A DNA stretch of 64,000 nucleotides from Azolla caroliniana (taxonomy: Eukaryota; Plantae; Polypodiophyta), in assembly GCA_043228905.1 (NCBI GenBank), contig JBHGNT010000011.1:10664001-10728000 (forward strand), written 5' to 3'. The first letter of the stretch is position 1, and every line of letters begins with the position of its first letter. Made by a program: the position numbers and the translations under genes. Positions 50,501 to 58,055 of this stretch are shown one piece after another. The notes under the pieces were generated by a model. That model did not search any database, was not told the origin of the DNA, and saw nothing but the letters and a program-made list of their open reading frames with translations.

Positions 50501-50855
50501 CGCGAAAAGGTGGTTCGGGCCGTACGAGGTTCGGAAGGTCTTCGACAACGGGACGTACCGACTGTCCGAGTTGGATGGAACAATACTACGAGTGCCTATA
50601 GCCGGGAAGCGGGTGAAGATTTTCAAGAAGCGGACCGACGACAAACCTTATGTGATCCAAGTCGAGGCCGACAACGAGGAGCAATCGGACGAAGACCACA
50701 ATGATGCGGGAAGCGAAGAAAGTGGATTACAACTCATAATCGACATAAGGGGAGAATCGGAGGAAGCTTCGGATGAAGACGGATACGAAGAATCAAGAAC
50801 TTCGGCACATACCGGAGGATGTGCGGGTTTGGAGGGGGCGAGTGTCGTAGTGTAG
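47388..50855 (+). CDS. Gypsy-A pol (RT, RNaseH, integrase; no chromodomain)
   Basis: 1155-aa open frame with DLYSGYDQ, LPQGATNS, PFLDD, VDTSPTGIG, HHCC zinc finger, ADRGE, NPEANGKIER and WFGPY. Confidence 0.92.
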   Translation: MKKQYRQVEDKLRSASIIKEDEEIVGVIEEVFYGNTLQRLEELAEDKSQGNRVVPVESVEMYEIVAKMGPDALRKEEAMVSTKYKTVEKKVKPAAGPLPADSEQKRKEVSGDPTLRKTVDIGHAFTDETRKKLRIGGGGFLLQEEEKRFREMLEQHGKAFAFTSREIGCIDPKIVEPMVIFTIDHVPWNLKPIPVPRAHIPKVIDLLKEKVAMGILEPSSAPYSNRWFTVPKKNGSLRFIQDLQPVNKVTIRNSGVGPIVDEFAEAFAGRAIYSIGDLYSGYDQFQLAVESRDITTMRTPIGLVRMCTLPQGATNSVAHMMNAMNKVLRDCIPEITMPFLDDIPMKGCAVEEKDETMDDRGCRKFVVDHIHDCEKVLRKLEDVHLTLSGEKSAFGQEEILVVGHLCGPYGRRPSPTKIDAIQAMKEVCESTSEVRRFLGACAFYHIWIPHYAHIADPLYHLLRKGKKFEWKPEHTKAMRKLKKTLWRAESLKKPSYERPIIVTVDTSPTGIGWVINQADSDGSRYPIRFGAKVLNERQRGYAQVKRELWGVVSAIKSDRDYLIGAEVVIETDCLPILGMMRCCTIPDVAMLRWIAYVKSLNPEVRHISGKDNAVADMLSRARFEDDITESDNEEVSEDYFTSEHICRVNVIREFREEEYEGETLMIGKMLQEVEDSTNDKERRAEIRRKKRQVQKFFLENGLIWRTPKRPDGIPLRVVGTKEQRNRIMSEFHESDWAGHRGTWATFVKIKQRYWWKNMYKDVAEFTESCEKCQVYSGVRHRDELHPTFSPTINFKWMVDIVAMPTGIGQKKYLVLAREDLTNQVEGRALRRKTCAAVCQFLLEEVFCRYGCVGQVIADRGELDSDKARGFFAKHGVRLTLTTAYNPEANGKIERGHSPIVKALAKACDGRVKDWPQMLPYALWADRTTHSSVTGYMPAELMTGQAPVMPTETAIATWTILPWKEEMSREELLAVRIRQLEGRPKDVAEASRRQQEARFRNKSRFDTKHRLRPRRIEEGDWVIVYDSSLDHQHTTMRKFAKRWFGPYEVRKVFDNGTYRLSELDGTILRVPIAGKRVKIFKKRTDDKPYVIQVEADNEEQSDEDHNDAGSEESGLQLIIDIRGESEEASDEDGYEESRTSAHTGGCAGLEGASVVV

Positions 50856-51954
50856 GTTGCACACTATGTGGAAATTATATTTTTGTCCCTCCGGATAGAG
50901 AATGGAGTGCTCGGTGAGAACCGGAAGAAAACGGCATACCGGCAAGGAGGGAAAACGGCATACCGGCAAGGAGGGAAAACGGCATACCGGCAAGGAGGAA
51001 AACGGCATACCGGCAAGGAAGAAAACGGCATACCGGCAAGGAAGAGCCGGATAAAGAGACATAAATGTAAAAAGAAAGGAAATACTCACTACTGCGCAAG
51101 GCGTGATTCAAACTCTGCACCTCCACGTTGACAAACCCCAACCTTACCATTACATTAACTTATCTTAAGTGTTTTAAATAAAGATTTAATACGTATAAGA
51201 CCTTTATTTATGCATACCTTTATTAAAAGGTAAATCGTGTATTTTTTTAATATATGAAAAAGAAAAACACGAGACACTAAAAATAACTCATGCACATCTA
51301 GCGTGCATGAGCCCTATACTTAGGAAATAAAAAAGCATCACATGCACATTTTAGTGGACATGAACACTTTTTGTAAAAGAAAAAAAAAGCATGAAGCCAT
51401 GCTTAGCTCTTCCTTCCTTATATAAGGAGGAGAGAAATATATAAAGGGTTGTTGATTATTTGGATTAAGGATTAATCAATACAAAAATTATTCGTGGGAT
51501 TCACGATTTATACATCTACTTCTCTCTTAACACCCTAAGTACCAATTAATATAGTATACTCGTGTGATTCACGAGTTTCTTATCTTTCTCTTCGCTATTT
51601 ATTCATAATTAATCTTTATCTCACGAACTTCTTTCTCCTAGTCCAAGACCTCTGTGGTTCCCACCCGACTCACGCAACGATCCGGAGCCGAAAGGCACGA
51701 CAACGGTACGGGTATAATGAGTACATGGCGCATCATTATGCGTTCATGACTAAGGTGGCGGAAGCGCGTGAGCCGGAGAGCTACGCAGAAGCGGCAAAGG
51801 ATGCAAATTGGCGTGCCGCTATGGAGGAAGAAATGCGGGCACTAGATGCCAACAACACATGGGACCTCGTTGACCCTCCCTGACACTATAAACCGATCGG
51901 TTGCAAATGGGTGTACAAGGTAAAGTACAATGTTGACGGTTCGGTTAACAAGTA

Positions 51955-52761
51955 CAGATCCGGATGCACCTCGATGACTAGGAGAAAATGGCTTTCGTCA
52001 CCGAATGGGGAGTGTTTGTTACCGTAGTAATGATGTTCGGACTAAAAATGGCACCGGCAACGTTCCAGAGGATCATCATGGAAATATTCGGAGAATTCAT
52101 ACCGGCATTCATGTAGGTGTTTCTGGATGACTTCGCCGTCTATAGTTGGGAAGGAGATCACTTTCAGCACCTCCGACTGTGTCTAGAGAAATGTCGGGCT
52201 TACCGGCTAAGCTTGAATCCGGCAAAATGTGTATTCGGAGTGTCAAGCGGGGCGCTATTAGGACACATTGTGAGCAAGGAAGGAATTGTCATGGACCCGG
52301 ACAAAGTAAAAGCAATCTTGGAGGCATCGGCACCAACAACAACCCAAGCATTAAGCCGTTTCTTAGGCCAAATCCGGTGGCATAGCCGAATGCTCTGGTA
52401 TTTCACGGACCTAGCTACATCACTGCATGCTGCGGTACACCGAACATCGTTCTAGTGGACCGACACCGAAGACAAGGCGTATCGGGCACTCAAAGTACTA
52501 TTGTCGAAAAGCGCCGGTAATGCAACCACCGGATTGGGCTAAGGAGTTTCATGTGTTCGTGGATGTGTCCGACATTGCAATCGGAAGTGCACTGATGCAA
52601 CTTACAGAGCCAAGGTGGTATTGGCCCGTATATTACGCAAGCCGAAAGTTATCCCAAGCCGAGCGAAATTATTCCACCACGGAGAGGGAAGCTTTGGGCA
52701 TGATCTACAGCGTGACAAAATTCAGACATTATTTGTTGGGAAGGAAATTTTCCTTCCACGT
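51955..52761 (+). mobile_element. Degenerate RT-RNaseH fragment (Gypsy-C), same family as Gypsy-D
   Basis: QIRMH…AFVTEWGVF…FLDDF…YYASRKLSQAERNYSTTEREALGM is collinear with the minus strand of about 62755-63560. Several stops. Confidence 0.9.
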
Positions 52762-53247
52762 TGTCGTGCCTTTCGGCGCCGGATCGTTTGTGTGAGTCGG
52801 GTGGGAACCACCGAGGTTTTGGACTAGGAGAAAAGAAAATTGTAAGGCAATGAAGAATATGAAATATGTTGTAAGAAAGAAAGATATGAAAAACTCGTGA
52901 ATCCCACGAGTATAGTGTATTAGTGAGTACTCAAATTAAGAGACGAAAATAGTTAGCAAACTCGTGGATCCCACGATTATATTATATTAATCAACCCTTG
53001 TAAAAATAATCAACAACCTCTATACATCTTTCTCTCTTCCTTATATAGTGTTGGAAGAGTCTAAGTTTATCACATGCAAGCATCATGCTTTTCCTATTTT
53101 TAGTTTTCATGCACACTGCATGTGCATGATTAGCTTTCTATCTCATCTTTTCTTTTAACTCGAGTGTCTATGCATGAATAACTTTTTGTACCACGCATGT
53201 CTAGAAATTTTACATGGGATAAAGTTTAGTATAACTTTAAAATTCAT

Positions 53248-53318
53248 AATACGCTAGTATAATGATAAGGCTTAACATTATTAACATGGAGGTGCAAGGT
53301 TCGATTCTTGCCCTATGC
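53248..53318 (+). other. tRNA-like A-box/B-box cassette in Gypsy-B LTR (antisense to element)
   Basis: TAGTATAATGATAAGG…GGAGGTGCAAGGTTCGATTCTTGC, with T-stem-like GCAAG/CTTGC pairing. Confidence 0.7.
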
Positions 53319-55873
53319 ATGTAATTTATAATTTTATACTTTCTTCTATTTACAAATATGTCTCTTCATTTGGTGAGAGACTCTCACCGGCCTTCTTCAT
53401 CCGGCTCTTGCCGGTTCTGCTTCATCCGGTTCTCGCCGGTTTTCTTTATCCGGTTCTTACCAGTCCTCTTCGTCCGTTTCTTACCGACTCTCACCGGCCT
53501 TCTTCATCCGGCTCTCGCTGGTCTCCTTACCGGTTTCGGTCCTCACCGGTTCTTCCTTCCGGTTCTCACTGGGTACTGGATATCATATCCGGAGAAACCA
53601 AAAATGTAAATTTTCACGTAGTGTGCGAATTACACTACGACACTCGCCCCCTCCGAACCCGCACATCCTCCGGTATGTGTCGAAGTCCGCGATGCTTGCT
53701 ATTCACCTTCATCCGAAGCTTCCTCCAATTCTCCCCTTAAGTCGACTATGAGTTGTAATCCACTTTCCTCGCTTTTCGCATCACCGCGATCTTCGTCCGA
53801 TTGCTCCTTGTCGGTCTTGTCTAGGATCACATAGGGTTCTTCTTTAGTTCGCTTCTTGAAAATCTTCACCCGTTTCCTGGCTATAGGCACTCGTAGCGTC
53901 GTTCCATCCAACTCGCATAGTCGGTAAGTTCCGTTATCGAAAACTTTCCGAACCTCATATGGCCCGAACCACCTTTTCGCGAACTTCCGCATCGTTGTAT
54001 GTTGATGATCCAAACTACTGTCGTAGACAATCACCCAATCTCCTTCTTCAATCTTCCGCGGTTGTAGTCGGTGCTTTGTGTCGAACCGGCTTTTATTCCG
54101 GAATCGCGCTTCTTGTTGTCGGCGTATTGCTTCCGCTATGTCATCCGGTCTTCCCTCCAGTTGTTGTATCCGGACCGCTAGTAGTTCTTCCCGGCTCATC
54201 TCTTCCTTCCATGGTAGCATTGTCCATGTCGCGATTGCGGTTTCCGTCAGCATTACCGGTGCTTGTCCGGTCATAAGTTTTGCCGGCATGTAACCGGTTA
54301 CGGAGCTATGTGTCGTCCGATCCTCCCGTAGTGCATACGGAAGCATTTGCGGCTAATCCTTCACCCTTTCATCGCATGCCTTCGCAAGTGCTTTGACAAT
54401 CGGACTATGTCCTCGTTTGATCTTCCCGTTGGCTTCCGGATTGTATGCCGTTGTCAGTGTTAACCGAACTCCATGTTTAGTGAAGAATTCCTTAGCTTTA
54501 TCAGAGTCGAGTTCTCCCTGATCCGCAATCACTTGTCCTACGCACCCGTACCTACAAAACACTTCTTCCAAAACAAATTGACATACTGCAGAACACGTTT
54601 CCTTCGTAGCGCCCGACCTTCTACTTGGTTTGTGAGATCTTCCCGAGCTAACACCAAGTACTTTTGATGTCTGATCCTGGTTGGCATGGCTACAATATCG
54701 ACCATCCATTTGAAGTTGATTGTCGGTGAGAATGTCAGATGTAACTCATCTCGGTGTTGAACTCCGGAGTAGATTTGACACTTCTCGCAGCTTTCCGTGA
54801 ACTCCGCGACATCTTTGTACATATTTATCCACCAATATCTTTGCTTGATCTTCCCAAATGTTGCCCATGTTCCCCGATGTCCAGCCCAATCAGATTCGTA
54901 AAATTCGGACATTACCTGGTTTTGTTGCTCTTTTGTCCCGACTACTCGAAGTGGTATGCCACCCGGTCTTTTCGGCTCCCTCCATAAAAATCCATTTTTC
55001 AAGAAGAACTTTCAGACTTGCCGTTTCTTACTTCGGATCTCGGCTCTCTTCTCTTTATTGTCCGATGATTCCTCGATTTTTCGTAGCATTTTCCCGATCA
55101 ACAAGCTTTCTCCCTCGTACTCTTCTTCCCGGAATTCTTCGATTACGTCCACCCGGCATATGTGCTCCGAAGCAAAGTAGTCTTCGGAAACTTCTTCATT
55201 ATCGGATTCGGTTATGTCATCTCCGAACCGCGCCCTTGATAGCATATCCGCTACAACGTTGTCTTTTCCGGAGATGTGTCTTACCTCCGGATTAAATGAC
55301 TTAACATATGCAATCCATCTTAGCATAGCCACATCCGGTATCGTGCAACACCGCATCATCCTGAGTATCGGAAGACAATCCGTTTCGATCACAATCCATT
55401 TCGATCACTACTTCGGCTCCAATCAAATAATCTCAATCCGATTTGATTGCCAACACGACTCCCCATAATTCTCTTTTAACTTGTGCATATCCGCATTGCC
55501 TTTCGTTGAGAACCTTCGCTCCAAATCGGATCGGATATCGCGAACCTTCCGGATCGGCTTGATTGATGACCCATCCGATTCCAGTTGGACTTGTGTCAAC
55601 CGTTACTATGATCAGTTGGTCATAGTTCGGCTTCTTTAGTGCTTCTGCCCTCCGTAGTGATTTCTTGAGCTTCTTCACGGCTTTGGTATGCTCCGGTTTC
55701 CATTCAAACTTCTTACCCTTCCGCAACAAGTGATAGAGTGGGTCCGCTATATGTGCATAGTGCGGAATCCATATGTGGTAGAATGCACATGTTCCAAGAA
55801 ACCTTCGAACTTCGGATTGTGACTGGCATACTTCTTTCATAGCTTGAATCGCATCGATCTTGGTTGGTGACGG

Positions 55874-56672
55874 TGTCGAGATATTACGCAAGTGCGTGCG
55901 GAATAGAGGCGGGACCGCGGGGGTCTCGAACCAAAGAGCAAGCGAGGGAGGAGAAAGAGAGAGAACCGGCTACGCAGGACCGGGGATACACAGGGACACG
56001 GCCCTTCAGCACGGAGAACGCGAACAGACACCGACACAGACGGATGCGAATGACTAAATATGTGTATTAACAAAATGGCTAACACGACTACAACCCCCGA
56101 TGGGGCACAGGTTGGTTGCAACCGAACAGGCCGGCGAACAGATGCCGATGCCTGTTCGCTTTGACGCACAAACGGGGAAATGGGGGGGGGTAGCAGGTCG
56201 GAGGTGCTGCCGGAAGCACTCGGGCGTTCCTCGAAACAGCGCGAGCCTCCCCGGAACCCTGCACAGAAAGCTTTGGAGCTCAAGAAGGAAGGAAACGGAG
56301 AGAGCGAAGCGTCCAGAAACGGTTCGACAGCACTTCGTCCTCTCCGCGCCCGATCCCTGCAACAGCTCTTTCCCGCTCCTTATATAGGCCGACGAACAGG
56401 CCGTCGTGTCAGCTTTATTCCCTGTCCCTTTTGGACAGGGATCCGCTCCGTTTTTCACAGATCCGCGTAGTTACGCCGCCGACTCGTACAGTTCGCGCGC
56501 GCGACCGAAAAGACTGTTCGCGCGGTCTTTGTCTCCACTTGAGTTAGGGCCCGTTCCTGCCGATTATCCTCTCAATTCGTTTCTATGTACAACTCGGAGC
56601 GTGCGCGCGTGAAGAACCGGTTCCCACGCCTTGGTGCGCCGATTCCGCCTATGGACGGTTTTCTTCACGACA
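55874..56672 (+). mobile_element. GC-rich solo LTR inserted in Gypsy-B pol
   Basis: TGTCGAG…CACGACA ends, 4-bp TSD ACGG/ACGG and TATATAGG at about 56381. Removing it restores GRRPSPTK. Confidence 0.88.
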
Positions 56673-58055
56673 ACGGTCTTCGGCCGTAGGGCCCACATAG
56701 ATGTTCGGCTACCAATATTTCTTCTTGTCCGAATGCCGATTTCTCTCCGGAAAGTATTAGATGCACATCTTCTAACTTCCGTAACACTTTCTCACAATCA
56801 CGGATATGGTTGACTACAAACCTTCGGCATCCCCGTTCATCCATAGCTTCATCTTTTTCTTCCACCGCACACCCTTTCATCGGAATGTCATCTAGGAACG
56901 GCATCGTTATCTCCAGTATGCAATCCCGGAGCACCTTGTTCATCGCATTCATCATATGTGCGACTGAGTTCGTCGCACCTTGTGGTAGCATACACATCCG
57001 GACTAATCCTATCGGTGTCCACATGGTAGTGATGTCTCGGCTCTCGACGGCTAGTTGGAATTGGTCATATCCGGAGTATAGGTCTCCGATGGAGTATATC
57101 GCACGAACGGCAAATGCTTCCGCGAATTCGTCCACTATCGGACCGACTCCGGAGTTCCGGATCGTGAACTTGTTCACCGGTTGCAAATCTTGAATAAATT
57201 GGAGTGACCCATTCTTCTTCGGAACCGTAAACCATCGATTTGAGTACGGTGCATTTGATGGCTCTAGAATCCCCATCGCCACCTTCTCCTTGAGCAAGTC
57301 GATGATTTTCGGAATATGCGCCCGTGGCACCGGAATCGGCTTCAGGTTCCATGGCACATGGTCAATCGTGAAGATCACCATCGGCTCCACTATCTTCGGG
57401 TCAGCGCATCCTATTTCTTTCGATGTAAATGCAAATGCTCTCCCATGTCGCTCTAGCATCCCACGGAATCGTTCTTCTTCATTCTTTAATAGGAACCCAC
57501 CTCCACCGATCCGAAGTTTCTTCCGGGTCTCATCCGTGAAGGCATGTCCGATATCCATGGACTTCCGAAGTGTCGGATCCCCCGAGACTTCTTGTTATTC
57601 GCTTAGCCGGACAAGGCCTAACACAAGGTGTCACGGAGACACTTCACCAAAGGGTGATTACGGCATAGGATTAAGATTCAACGATTACACCGACTTACGT
57701 AGGTTACACGATTAGATTGCTTGGTTAATTACACGCGTAAGATATAACAGTGATTACAGAACGGAAATCAAGACAGAAGTACAAACATCATAAGCTCTAT
57801 TAATTATCCGCTGTCATTACAATAGGGTCCGGGCCTTTAAATAGGTTTCCGGCCCGTAGTACAAAACGGTGCCTCTCGCACCTATTCGGGATCCGTCCGG
57901 ATCTGGAACGGCATACCGTTTCCAGTCCGTCCGTCCACACTATCCTCATTTACAACCATATATAATTAATTCCGTATTTTGGACTCCTTGCCGGCCGGTA
58001 ACACATGGCACGCCCGTGGGACAGTACCTTGTACGTCGAACCCTTCTCGGCCCCT

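Larger units (their letters stand above)
44106..51702 (+). mobile_element. Full-length Ty3/gypsy element (Gypsy-A), non-chromovirus, tRNA-Trp primed, recent insertion
   Basis: LTRs 44106-44942 and 50843-51702 are nearly identical. TSD ACGG (4 bp). PBS 44947-44963, PPT GGAGGGGGCGAG, and domain order gag-PR then RT-RH-INT. Confidence 0.96.
40447..51955 (+). mobile_element. Ty1/copia element (Copia-2), related to Copia-1, interrupted by a hAT MITE and Gypsy-A and truncated in RT
   Basis: 5' LTR 40447-40855 (TG…CA) and PBS TGGTATCAGAGC at 40856. Gag from 40975, protease VDSGTSNHM, integrase 43242-44105. RT start (EPESYAEA…KPIGCKWVYKVK) at 51707-51955. Confidence 0.92.
52762..57592 (-). mobile_element. 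Gypsy-B: 3' part of a degenerate relative of Gypsy-A
   Basis: 3' LTR 52762-53642 and PPT 53643-53654. Pol fragments (53699-57592) are highly similar to Gypsy-A pol but carry stops and frameshifts. Flanking target ACGT. Cut at 57592 by Gypsy-D. Confidence 0.93.
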
